Program-made: the position numbers and the translations under genes
The notes under the pieces: generated by a model
Told to the model about the DNA's origin: nothing
What the model saw: the letters and a program-made list of their open reading frames with translations, nothing else
Database searches by the model: none
In this document: one piece after another, positions 53,091 to 62,755 of the stretch
Layout: each line of letters starts with the position of its first letter
Position numbering within the stretch: the stretch's first letter is position 1
NCBI GenBank assembly: GCA_965206695.1
Contig: CBDBKM010000011.1
Location: 160,001 to 224,000 of the forward strand
Length of the DNA stretch: 64,000 nucleotides
Source: Chlamydiales bacterium
GTDB lineage: Bacteria; Chlamydiota; Chlamydiia; Chlamydiales; JAAZZY01
Direction: 5' to 3'

Positions 53091-53570
53091 CTAACTTGCT
53101 ACTTGTTTTCTTCTACCGTTCTTCTTATTCAGATGATTTTCACGGTATTGATTTACTTCATCAATATGAATCACCCAAGCTGCGCCTTTACGAATAGCTT
53201 TAAGCATACCAACTCTAGTGGCATAATAAATCTTCTGGGCCGGCACACCCAATATCTTTGATACTTGGTTTACAGAATAATAACCTTTATGATTATCAAA
53301 TAAAAGTTCGCCGTCAAATACTGATTTTTTGCGAGAATACTTATTTCTTCTGTAATCTTCTAAATCATCTAAATGAATAGTCCATCTAGTTGTTTCTTTT
53401 TGTGCTTTTAATTTATTTTGCTTGATTGCCACGTAAATAGCTTGACGTGTAACATTATTGATCTTAGCAGCTTCTGTAATAGAAACGATCTTATTATCAT
53501 TTCTACCGGTTACTACCAGACCTACCACCGTATCTGAATGTGACGTATGGTTACTCATCTTTTCCTCCAT
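53091..53570 (-). CDS. euo: EUO, chlamydial developmental transcription repressor
   Basis: VSITEAAK...VTRQAIYVAIKQ.KLKA, YRRNKYSRKKS, QKIYYATR, RKGAAWVI; located near recJ/secDF. Confidence 0.95.
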   Translation of the reverse strand: MEEKMSNHTSHSDTVVGLVVTGRNDNKIVSITEAAKINNVTRQAIYVAIKQNKLKAQKETTRWTIHLDDLEDYRRNKYSRKKSVFDGELLFDNHKGYYSVNQVSKILGVPAQKIYYATRVGMLKAIRKGAAWVIHIDEVNQYRENHLNKKNGRRKQVAS

Positions 53571-54211
53571 ATTATTCTTAAAATTTTATTTAAATGTTTT
53601 ATAATCAATTGCATCATTTTTATTTAGTTTAATTATGTCATGCTTATAAATTAAGAGCAACGTTTTAGTTTATATAGCAACAAAACAACGTGAATTTTAA
53701 TGTTTTTGACGTAATAACCGAATTTAAAAGGTGGCAATCATAAAACATTAACTAACAATAGCTTTATAGTTTTTTAATATTTTAATCTTTCTTTAAAAAT
53801 TAATTTTTAATCGATTTATAATCAGCGACTTCTGCATAAATATCTATTTAATAATTAGATTATTCTCAAATGCAAATCACTTTTGATATTTGGCCATAGC
53901 CAAAATAATTTTTGGCAAAAACTGTAGAAAAAAATTGAATATAAGACAACCTGTTTAATAAAAATTCTAATATTTTGACTTATTTTTTCACATATGAATC
54001 TTCTCGCTTAAAAAGCAAAAAAGACCGTTCTATCAAAAAAAGCCCTATCAATCTTATATTTAAATATTTAAATTCGAAAAAACCTTACTTCAATTCAAAA
54101 TTAATAGCTTTAAACTTGCAATTCTCGATATCTTGAGGATATAGGTAATTTTTTAGATAACTTAAGTAATTGAATCCTCAAAACCTTCTATAAAATAAGG
54201 AAAGTATAATT

Positions 54212-56155
54212 ATGAAACGCTTCTTATGCCTAATGATGCTGATATTACTCCCATTTTGCTTAGAAGCTAAACTTCCCGACCTAACAGAAAGAGATATCAA
54301 TGAAAAAATCAATGAAATCATGAAATCTCATGTCACTCATAAACAACTTTCTTCACCATTAATCAAAAGAATTATTAATAATTTTATAGATGAACTGGAT
54401 CCGGGAAAAGTCTATTTTTCACTGATAGAAGTGCAAGAATGGATAGGTCAATCTGACGGTAGAGCAAACGAATTACTCATCGAGTTTAAACAAGGGAATT
54501 TCACTGTTTTCCAACAGATTCATTCGGCTTTAATTGAAGCTATAAATCGTAGAAAAGAAATTGAACGCTCTATTCAACCTTTTGATAATGACTATGCTAT
54601 TAATCCACGTGAATTTTATCAAATGGATTGGGCTGAAGATCATAATGAACTCACTCTTCGCCTTCAAAAGATTAAAACTCTACAAATGCGAACAGCTGAA
54701 AAACTAGAAGGTGAGATTCGTAATAAATTTCTTAAACACATTGAAAAAAGACGTGCTTTCAGAGAAGAAGAATTAGTCGGTACCAGTGAAGAGAAGAAAA
54801 AACAGTTAATATATGCGTATATTCTAAAAGCAGCAGCTTCTTCATTAGATTCCCAAACCGCCTATTTCACACCTGATGAAGCAACCGGTTTTATGATTCA
54901 AGTCCAACAACGCCTATTTGGCATTGGAATCCAATTACGAGATGATCTATCGGGCTTTATGGTTGTTAAAATCATTGATGGAGGACCCGCCTCTTTAAAT
55001 ACAAAAGGGTTAAAAGTTAGAGACCGAATCGTAGCTGTTGATTCTGAACCTGTAGTCGGAATGGATATTACAGAAGCTGTCGACCTGATTAGAGGAAAAG
55101 AAGGGACCACAGTTACCTTAACTATCTTAAGGCCGCTTGAAAATGACGAAGAGGATCCTACAGGCAAACAAGAAGAGAAAATTGATATCAAAATTGTCCG
55201 AGGTGAGGTGGTATTAAAAGAAACTCGCATTGAATCTTCTTATGAACCTTTTGGAGATGGGATAATCGCTCATATTAAATTATTCTCATTCTATCAAGAC
55301 CCACAAAGCTCCTCTGCTTCTGACCTTTATAATAAGTTCAGTGAATTACAAAAAGACCATAAAATCAATGGCGTTATTCTAGATTTAAGAAATAATTCCG
55401 GTGGTATATTGCCACAAGCTGTTGCCGTAGCGGGCTTATTCATTGGTAAGGGTATTGTTGTTTCAATAAAAGATAACGATGGTCAAATACATCATCTTCG
55501 AAATATCGAACCACAAAAAATGTGGAACGGTCCTCTTGTTATTCTCATTAATCGTCTTAGCGCATCAGCTGCTGAAATCGTTGCTCAAGCATTACAAGAT
55601 TATGGCAGAGCCCTTGTCGTCGGTGATGATCATAGTTTTGGAAAAGGAACCTTTCAAACTTTTACTCTAGATACCGTTCATCATGATAAAGTTAATCCTA
55701 AAGGGGAATATAAAGTAACCCGTGGCATGTACTATACCGTTTCAGGAAAAAGTCCTCAGCTTGTCGGAGTTAAATCCGATGTTGTCGTTCCCGGGTATTT
55801 GTCTGAAATGCAAATTGGTGAACAATATTCTAAATACCCGCTTGAAAATGCGGCCATAAAAGAGAATTTTGATGATGACTTAGCTGATATTCCTCAAAAA
55901 CAAAGGGAATATGTTAGAAAACTGTATAAATTTAATCTTCAGCCTAAGATCCGTTTATATATCAAACACAGAGAAATTTTGCAGGTCAACTCTGATGAAC
56001 GAGTTGTGAAAAATAAAAATTATCAGAATTTCTTAATCGAAATTAAAGAAGAAACGAAAGATCAAGATATCATCGATGTTATTTATGGACAAAATGATCT
56101 ACAGTTTGAAGAATCTATTAACGTTATGAAAGATTTAATCTTGTTGATTCACTAA
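54212..56155 (+). CDS. tsp: Tail-specific protease (S41, PDZ domain)
   Basis: FGIGIQL (PDZ), LDLRNNSGG, SASAAEIVA, SFGKGT, GVKSD. Confidence 0.95.
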   Translation: MKRFLCLMMLILLPFCLEAKLPDLTERDINEKINEIMKSHVTHKQLSSPLIKRIINNFIDELDPGKVYFSLIEVQEWIGQSDGRANELLIEFKQGNFTVFQQIHSALIEAINRRKEIERSIQPFDNDYAINPREFYQMDWAEDHNELTLRLQKIKTLQMRTAEKLEGEIRNKFLKHIEKRRAFREEELVGTSEEKKKQLIYAYILKAAASSLDSQTAYFTPDEATGFMIQVQQRLFGIGIQLRDDLSGFMVVKIIDGGPASLNTKGLKVRDRIVAVDSEPVVGMDITEAVDLIRGKEGTTVTLTILRPLENDEEDPTGKQEEKIDIKIVRGEVVLKETRIESSYEPFGDGIIAHIKLFSFYQDPQSSSASDLYNKFSELQKDHKINGVILDLRNNSGGILPQAVAVAGLFIGKGIVVSIKDNDGQIHHLRNIEPQKMWNGPLVILINRLSASAAEIVAQALQDYGRALVVGDDHSFGKGTFQTFTLDTVHHDKVNPKGEYKVTRGMYYTVSGKSPQLVGVKSDVVVPGYLSEMQIGEQYSKYPLENAAIKENFDDDLADIPQKQREYVRKLYKFNLQPKIRLYIKHREILQVNSDERVVKNKNYQNFLIEIKEETKDQDIIDVIYGQNDLQFEESINVMKDLILLIH

Positions 56156-57343
56156 TTCTTCTTTTAAAAAGAGATAGTATAGAGATCCTTTTGAGAAAAC
56201 GCCTCCGGCTATCTCTCCTGCGGAATCACCGGAACCAAAATAAATCTCACACCTGCCGGCTCCACGCATAGCCCCACCGGTATCTTGATCTAATACAAAC
56301 CTTTTATAGGAAACATACTCTATCTTGTTTTTCTCATTCTTTCGGGGAATCGTAACATCAACAAAACATAAACCGGCTTTTGGAAATATCTTTTTATCAG
56401 TAGAAAGCGAATAACCCGCGGTTAGAGGAACCGCAAGGCAGCCAAAGGGCCCCTCTATTTTTTCACGAAAAAAAACATAGCTTGGATTTCTTGATAAATA
56501 CGCCTGTAATTCATCCGGAAATTGATTAAAATATGCTCGAATTCCTTTTGGTGTTAATTGTTTGTCCTGCAGTTTTCCATCATTTTTCAACTCTTTTGCA
56601 ATACTATAGTTAAAAAATTCACGACTGTTTTTTCCGTTATATCCGATTCGAAATAGCTTACCATTAGGTAATTCAATCGCACCGCTTCCCTGTAAGTGGA
56701 TCATATAGACATCAAAAAGATCTTCTAAATAGACTAGTTCCAGCCCCTTGTCTTTTAATACTTTCTCTTGATCGATTTCATGTCTATTCCAATAAGGAAC
56801 TATTTCGCCTTCTTCTGTTTTTCTGCCTAAGATCTTTCCGTTCTTATCTATTATAAGATCTTCAGGTAACTGATACACAGGGTATTGATAAGAATTCGTT
56901 GCAGTTAAACTCCCTTTAAAAATCGGTTCGAAATAGCCGGTGAATAAAACCTTTTTCTCCCCTTTTTGACCAATCGATTGATACAGGTCGAATTCCTCTT
57001 TTAATATTTCGTTTAATTCATCACAGGAGATTTCTGACATCAATAATTTTTTGAAATGCACTAAGCTTCGACGAACCCTTTTGTGACTAAAACCTTGCTT
57101 AGGATAATGATATTTGGATGCAGAGCGATCTAAATAGGAGATACTATAATTAACTGCTTGAAGAAGCTCGGCTTTTTCTTCTTGGATATTAAAAGAAAGA
57201 TAAGGCCAATTATCTTGTTCAACTAACACTAAGGCTTGTAACGTGCTTTTGTTCGATGATATTTGATGCTTATCCTTAGCTACAATAGAACTTGATCCGA
57301 TTAAGAGTAGTAATAGCCAGGAAAAATATTTCAACACATTCAC
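56135..57343 (-). CDS. mltA: MltA-like lytic murein transglycosylase (MltA plus 3D domain)
   Basis: FTGYFEP, HLQGSG, NPSYVFF, S.STD, DQDTGGAMRG..R.EIYFG.G..AG; signal peptide. Confidence 0.85.
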   Translation of the reverse strand: MNVLKYFSWLLLLLIGSSSIVAKDKHQISSNKSTLQALVLVEQDNWPYLSFNIQEEKAELLQAVNYSISYLDRSASKYHYPKQGFSHKRVRRSLVHFKKLLMSEISCDELNEILKEEFDLYQSIGQKGEKKVLFTGYFEPIFKGSLTATNSYQYPVYQLPEDLIIDKNGKILGRKTEEGEIVPYWNRHEIDQEKVLKDKGLELVYLEDLFDVYMIHLQGSGAIELPNGKLFRIGYNGKNSREFFNYSIAKELKNDGKLQDKQLTPKGIRAYFNQFPDELQAYLSRNPSYVFFREKIEGPFGCLAVPLTAGYSLSTDKKIFPKAGLCFVDVTIPRKNEKNKIEYVSYKRFVLDQDTGGAMRGAGRCEIYFGSGDSAGEIAGGVFSKGSLYYLFLKEELVNQQD

Positions 57344-57580
57344 CTATCAAGCTAAATATCGAATTAAATTTGATTAATATATAGCAACCGTGACTTGGTT
57401 TATACGTTTAATTTGAATAAAAGTGGATCGAAATAATACAAAATCCGGTTTTTGGAAAATGTGGAACCAACTAAAGCTTTAAAAGCATAGAACTTGTAAC
57501 CTTATTTCAATATAATTACAAGTCATTAATTATCAATTATATAACAATCTTCATCCTATTTTAAGTAATAAAAAATTTAC

Positions 57581-57609
57581 TTGACAGAAATAATAATTAC
57601 TACTATAAT
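57581..57609 (+). promoter_or_regulatory. Consensus sigma66/sigma70 promoter
   Basis: TTGACA (57581-86), 17-nt spacer, TATAAT (57604-09), AT-rich upstream sequence. Confidence 0.8.
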
Positions 57610-57690
57610 ATATACATATGACAGAAAAATTAAATTTGAGTTAATGGTTAATCAATAACTATTATATGATGAACAATCAAAAACAACAGG

Positions 57691-58461
57691 ATGAATATGA
57701 ATATTGTAAAAGACCTATTTAATGAACTAAAGAGTGCAGGAAAATTCGTCGTTGATGAATTAAGTCATGCTGATTCAAAAACAATTAATGCTGATTTAAA
57801 AAATGTCAAACAATCAACCGAAAAATTAATTGGGGATTTTTCCGGCGTACTAGACTACATCGTCCATCCGGAAAAAGATATCGTTTCAATCTTTAATGAT
57901 TTTAAAACATTAAACTTGGATCAGGCAAAAAAAAATTTAAGTAATTTAGAAAAGCAAGTTAACGAAACAGTTCAAAGCATAACAGGTCATGACCCCTCTC
58001 TACTAAAACAAATAGAAGGCGAGCTAAATGAATTTGTTTCAATCATTACAGTGATAGCTGATCTGGTAAAAGATATCAAATCTCATAGTCTTAAAGATCT
58101 TGTCAGCGACAGCAAAGAATTAAAAAGTGAAAGTTCCACTTTAATTAAGAAATTAACAGGAAGCGATATTTTCAGTGATATCCTGACAGATATAACAGAA
58201 ACCGTTAAATCTATCCTATCTGCAGTGGATGAAATCGAATCTAATATTTCAACTTTTACTGATACCATTAAACATATTAAACAAATTTTTGAAAAGCTCG
58301 CCAAAGGGAAAATAGCTTCTGAAGATGAGATTAATCAGATTAAGGCTGATCTTAAGAAATTAGAACAGGTATTTAGCGATCTTAAAAACGATGTGGTTAA
58401 TGTTATTGAAAAAGCTAAAGACCTTTGGACTCGTATCCATGGGATACTTACCTTATTATAA
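57691..58461 (+). CDS. All-helical amphipathic hypothetical protein
   Basis: 256-aa ORF with helical heptad-like patterning, no Cys and no signal peptide. Confidence 0.75.
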   Translation: MNMNIVKDLFNELKSAGKFVVDELSHADSKTINADLKNVKQSTEKLIGDFSGVLDYIVHPEKDIVSIFNDFKTLNLDQAKKNLSNLEKQVNETVQSITGHDPSLLKQIEGELNEFVSIITVIADLVKDIKSHSLKDLVSDSKELKSESSTLIKKLTGSDIFSDILTDITETVKSILSAVDEIESNISTFTDTIKHIKQIFEKLAKGKIASEDEINQIKADLKKLEQVFSDLKNDVVNVIEKAKDLWTRIHGILTLL

Positions 58462-58599
58462 TCATTCAAGGAATTGATTTTAATTTTTATTATCCGGAAC
58501 TAGTGTCTTCTAGTCCTTATATTCTTTAGTATCTCGTTGACTCTAAAATAAAAAAATATGACAATATTACTCCTTAAATGAAACAAATCTATTAGAAAT

Positions 58600-60105
58600 A
58601 TGAATGTACGTGTCCGTATTGCACCATCCCCTACCGGCGATCCTCATGTTGGAACGGCCTATATGGCCTTATATAATCTTATTTTTGCTCGTCATCATAA
58701 AGGTAAATTTATTCTACGAATTGAAGACACAGATAGAACCAGATCCCGAATAGATTATGAAAAAAATATTTATAATGCGCTAAAATGGACAGGTCTTCAA
58801 TGGGATGAAGGCCCTGATATCGGTGGCGACTTTGGCCCCTACCGACAATCTGATCGTTTAGAAATTTATCAAAAATATTGCCGGGAACTCCTAGATAAAA
58901 ATAAAGCTTATAAATGTTTTACTACACCTGAAGAACTCAAGCAAATGCGAGAGGTTACTAAAAAAACAGGAGGTCGAGGGGGCTACGATCGACGTCATCG
59001 CAACTTAAGTCAGGAAGAAATTGACCGGCGTCTAGCTGAAGGTCAGCCTTATGTGATTCGATTAAAAATCCCACTTAAAGACGATTGTGTTTTTTATGAC
59101 GAAATTAAAGGTAGGATTTCGAATCCTTGGGCTGATGTAGATGATCAAGTATTACTTAAATCTGATGGATTCCCAACCTATCACCTAGCAAATGTTATCG
59201 ACGATCATTTAATGAAGATTACACATGTCATACGAGGAGATGAATGGTTAAGCTCCACTCCCAAGCACATCTATCTCTACGAAGCTTTTGGCTGGAAGCC
59301 TCCAAGCTTTATTCACATGCCTTTACTTTTAAGCATGGATGGTAAAAAACTTTCAAAAAGGAAAAACCCTACTTCAATCTTTTATTACCGAGATAGTGGC
59401 TATCTTTCCGAAGCGTTTATCAATTTTCTGAGCTTAATGGGCTATAGTATGCCGGAAGATAAAGAAATCTACTCGTTGGATGATATTATTGAACAATTTG
59501 ATATTAAACGAATAGGCTCTTCCCCGGCTATTTTTGATGTTAAAAAACTTGACTGGCTCAATCAACACTATCTTATTAATACTATTTCTACAGATGAACT
59601 CTGGGATCATATTCGCGACTGGGGATTCAATGACTCTTTTATGAAAAAACTGATGCCTCTTTGCCATTCACGCATCCAAACCTTTGGTGAATTCATAGAG
59701 TTATGCGCCTTTTTCTTCGTTAATGACCTGCATTATACTGAAGCGTTATTATGTCCAAAGCAATTAGAAAAACATCACACAGCATATATTCTGCAGTGCC
59801 TTTTATGGTATGTAGAAAAACATGATAAATGGGATAGAGATACGTTCTATCAAGCATCTAAAGAAGCATCTACCGCTTTCAATGTTAATCACAAAAAAAT
59901 TATCATGCCAATTCTTTTTGGAACGATTACAGGTAAAAGCATAGGCCCTCCTCTTTTTGATTCCGCTGAATTATTAGGAAAAGACCGCACTAGAGCCCGT
60001 TTTCTTAATGCAATTAACTTTCTTGGGGGTATATCGAACAAAAAGATTTTCAGTCTGAAAGCCTCATGGGACAACCGGGATTGTGAATCTTATATCAAAG
60101 AATAA
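58600..60105 (+). CDS. gltX: Glutamate--tRNA ligase
   Basis: [35 protein letters not shown]. Confidence 0.97.
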   Translation: MNVRVRIAPSPTGDPHVGTAYMALYNLIFARHHKGKFILRIEDTDRTRSRIDYEKNIYNALKWTGLQWDEGPDIGGDFGPYRQSDRLEIYQKYCRELLDKNKAYKCFTTPEELKQMREVTKKTGGRGGYDRRHRNLSQEEIDRRLAEGQPYVIRLKIPLKDDCVFYDEIKGRISNPWADVDDQVLLKSDGFPTYHLANVIDDHLMKITHVIRGDEWLSSTPKHIYLYEAFGWKPPSFIHMPLLLSMDGKKLSKRKNPTSIFYYRDSGYLSEAFINFLSLMGYSMPEDKEIYSLDDIIEQFDIKRIGSSPAIFDVKKLDWLNQHYLINTISTDELWDHIRDWGFNDSFMKKLMPLCHSRIQTFGEFIELCAFFFVNDLHYTEALLCPKQLEKHHTAYILQCLLWYVEKHDKWDRDTFYQASKEASTAFNVNHKKIIMPILFGTITGKSIGPPLFDSAELLGKDRTRARFLNAINFLGGISNKKIFSLKASWDNRDCESYIKE

Positions 60106-60107
60106 AC

Positions 60108-61247
60108 ATGCAATACGATAAATCTAACCCTTTTTTAGCTAAGATAACCGTAAGAGAAGCCATTAATAAATCAGGTTCGGATAAATGTACAATGAGGGTT
60201 GTATTAGATATTAGTGGCTCAGGTCTATTTTATAAAGTCGGTGACTCCATTGGAATATACCCTCTTAATGATGATAAAAATGTATCATATCTTCTGCATA
60301 TTCTGAATGCTACAGGTGACGAACAGGTGCAAAATAAAAAGACTGAAGAAATCGTACCTCTTAAGACCTTGCTTACTAAAAATGTCTGTATAACCCGTTT
60401 AAATAAAAAGATTGTTAGAATACTTGCCGGCAAACAAGTTGATCCAAAAAGACAAGCTCTTCTCAACCATTATTTAAATCCTCAAAATAGCACTGAATTG
60501 AAACAATTTTGCGATACCCACGAGCTCCGGAGACTCTTAGAAGAGCATGATAATATACAGTGGGATCTTCATGAATTTGTAAATATGCTACCCCCTCTTT
60601 TACCTAGATTTTACTCCATTGCTTCCTCTCAAGCAGTGGACCATAATAAAATCGAGTTACTCATCGCTTATCTGGATTATACGAATGATCATCAGCGAAA
60701 AGGGGTTTGTTCTCATTATATTTGCGATCTGGCGCCAATGTATGACTCTTCTATTCCCCTATTTTTACATCCTTCAAAGAACTTCACATTACCTCAAGAT
60801 TCCTCTAAGTCCATTATTATGGTCGGACCCGGAACAGGCATTGCTCCTTTTCGAGGCTTTATTCAAGAGCGTCAATTTAAAAAAGCTACCGGTAAAAATT
60901 GGCTTTTCTTTGGAGAAAGAAGAAAAGCATTTGATTATTTTTATCAAGATATTTTCGAACAACTTCAAACCGAAAATGTTCTTCGGATTTCTACTGCTTT
61001 TTCACGGGATTCGGAACAAAAAATGTATGTTCAAAATAAGATGTTAGAAGAAGCTAAAGACATTTGGACTTGGCTAGATTCAGGAGCTTATTTTTATGTG
61101 TGTGGCGATGCTTTTCAAATGGCCAGAAGTGTCGACCAAGCCCTACGTCAAATTATTCAAGAGCAAGGAAATATGAGCGAGGAAGAGGCAAAAACATATA
61201 TCAAGCGCTTAAAAGAAGAAGGTAGATATTTAAAGGATATTTACTAG
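60108..61247 (+). CDS. cysJ: Sulfite-reductase flavoprotein-like FAD/NADPH oxidoreductase (no flavodoxin domain)
   Basis: PRFYSIAS, GVCS, GPGTGIAPFR, AFSRD, YVCGDA, RYLKDIY. Confidence 0.8.
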   Translation: MQYDKSNPFLAKITVREAINKSGSDKCTMRVVLDISGSGLFYKVGDSIGIYPLNDDKNVSYLLHILNATGDEQVQNKKTEEIVPLKTLLTKNVCITRLNKKIVRILAGKQVDPKRQALLNHYLNPQNSTELKQFCDTHELRRLLEEHDNIQWDLHEFVNMLPPLLPRFYSIASSQAVDHNKIELLIAYLDYTNDHQRKGVCSHYICDLAPMYDSSIPLFLHPSKNFTLPQDSSKSIIMVGPGTGIAPFRGFIQERQFKKATGKNWLFFGERRKAFDYFYQDIFEQLQTENVLRISTAFSRDSEQKMYVQNKMLEEAKDIWTWLDSGAYFYVCGDAFQMARSVDQALRQIIQEQGNMSEEEAKTYIKRLKEEGRYLKDIY

Positions 61248-61284
61248 CCGGAAGCTAATATAATTATTCAAATAGGAGATTTTT

Positions 61285-61845
61285 ATGACAAATTCACTTT
61301 TCCCTTATTCATTACCCTGTAAAACTGATAGCCGCATTGTATTTGATAAAGAAGGCAAACAGATTAGAAAAGATTCCTATAAAAGAGACTCTGACGTTAC
61401 CTATGAGTATTATTCTTTTGTTACATCACCCTATTCTGCCATGATATTAGCCCAAACTAAAAATGGTAAATTTGTGATTAATCGAGAATATCGCCATTCA
61501 TCCAATGAGATTATTCTGAGTCTTCCGGGCGGATCGATCGATACAGATGAAGATTCTTTATTAGGTGCTAAAAGGGAACTCTTGGAAGAAACAGGTTATC
61601 AAGGAGAAGATTTTTCTCTTTTAGGAGACGCTTATCCTTTTCCCGGATACAGTCCCCAGAAAACTTATTATTATCTTTGTCATAATGCTGAAAAAATACA
61701 GGATTCAACACCCGATCGCTGTGAAATCATTCACACCTTTCATGTAACCATCCCTGAAATTTATTCATTTATTAAAGAAGGAATGGCCGTTGACGGGCAT
61801 ATACATAGTGCTTTGTTTTTAAAGTCACTCCAAGAAGGTCAATAA
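61285..61845 (+). CDS. Nudix hydrolase (ADP-ribose pyrophosphatase-like)
   Basis: Nudix box PGGSID.DEDSLLGAKRELLEETGY. Confidence 0.9.
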   Translation: MTNSLFPYSLPCKTDSRIVFDKEGKQIRKDSYKRDSDVTYEYYSFVTSPYSAMILAQTKNGKFVINREYRHSSNEIILSLPGGSIDTDEDSLLGAKRELLEETGYQGEDFSLLGDAYPFPGYSPQKTYYYLCHNAEKIQDSTPDRCEIIHTFHVTIPEIYSFIKEGMAVDGHIHSALFLKSLQEGQ

Positions 61846-62080
61846 ATGTCTTTAATTGCTTCAATCTTTCCTTATCGTTTACCACGTAACTCGACTTAAT
61901 TTGACAATAGCGATGAAACGATGCCTATTACCTCAATAGAAAAACCACCCTCCTCCAACATGAATCATTCTAATAATCTCGTTATTACAGCTCCGGCTTA
62001 CCCAAAAGATAGGACCTTATACTCTTCGCTACTGAAAGATACACAAAAATTATAAATATGAAAAATATTTCGGCTGCGGG

Positions 62081-62497
62081 TTAAGATTGGCGCACTAATG
62101 TGGTCTTGTTCTGTATCTTTCTTCTATTAGGCGTTATTACATTGTTGAGTAGCCTTATTCTTAATACTTCATCTACTTCTGCCGATCTTTCCGTTGCTAC
62201 AGGCGCTACTACAACGCTTCTTACGTCTCTTCTTTGAGATGTTTCTGCATAGACTAATTCTATATTCGAAGAGCTTTCTGCAGAAAGTGCATTCAGTGGA
62301 TCAGTTGCAGTGACGTCGTCAAACGCTGCATCTAGTCCTGCTGAATCGACTGCAGCCCATTCGCTACTCACTAGATAAAGTGATTCTATCATATCCATTG
62401 TCCCCATTACATCGGATGCCGAAGTTCGTTCCTCAGGATTAGGAGGTAACGAAGATAGTTGTCGCCCACTATTAGAAACAGTATTAGAAAAAGTCAT
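62081..62497 (-). CDS. Hypothetical low-complexity Ser/acidic protein
   Basis: 138-aa ORF with AAGGA RBS; Ser/Pro/Asn-rich N-terminus. Confidence 0.55.
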   Translation of the reverse strand: MTFSNTVSNSGRQLSSLPPNPEERTSASDVMGTMDMIESLYLVSSEWAAVDSAGLDAAFDDVTATDPLNALSAESSSNIELVYAETSQRRDVRSVVVAPVATERSAEVDEVLRIRLLNNVITPNRRKIQNKTTLVRQS

Positions 62498-62755
62498 AGT
62501 ATATCCTTATATTTTTCAGTTATATCGTAATATATAACTATTATGTGATTTATATATATCTATTATATGCTTTTAATTGTTAAATTAGTATTGAAAAAAA
62601 TTATTTACTAAATAACTAAATATTAGTTTACTAACAACTTAATTAGACGAAATCAGAGCCTAATTTTCAAAAACTAATGAAAGAAAATGGTTACAATGAT
62701 GATACAATCTCTATAGTTAATTTTTGAAAAGACTGATAACTATGTAGGGATTTTT

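Noticed and set aside
53826..53840. Isolated IS5-like IR (GACTTCTGCATAA) in the euo-tsp intergenic region
   Set aside because: No partner IR or transposase remnant recognised.
54100..54135. Possible sigma28 promoter for tsp (CTCGATAT as -10)
   Set aside because: No acceptable TAAAG-type -35 at the 11-12-nt spacing.
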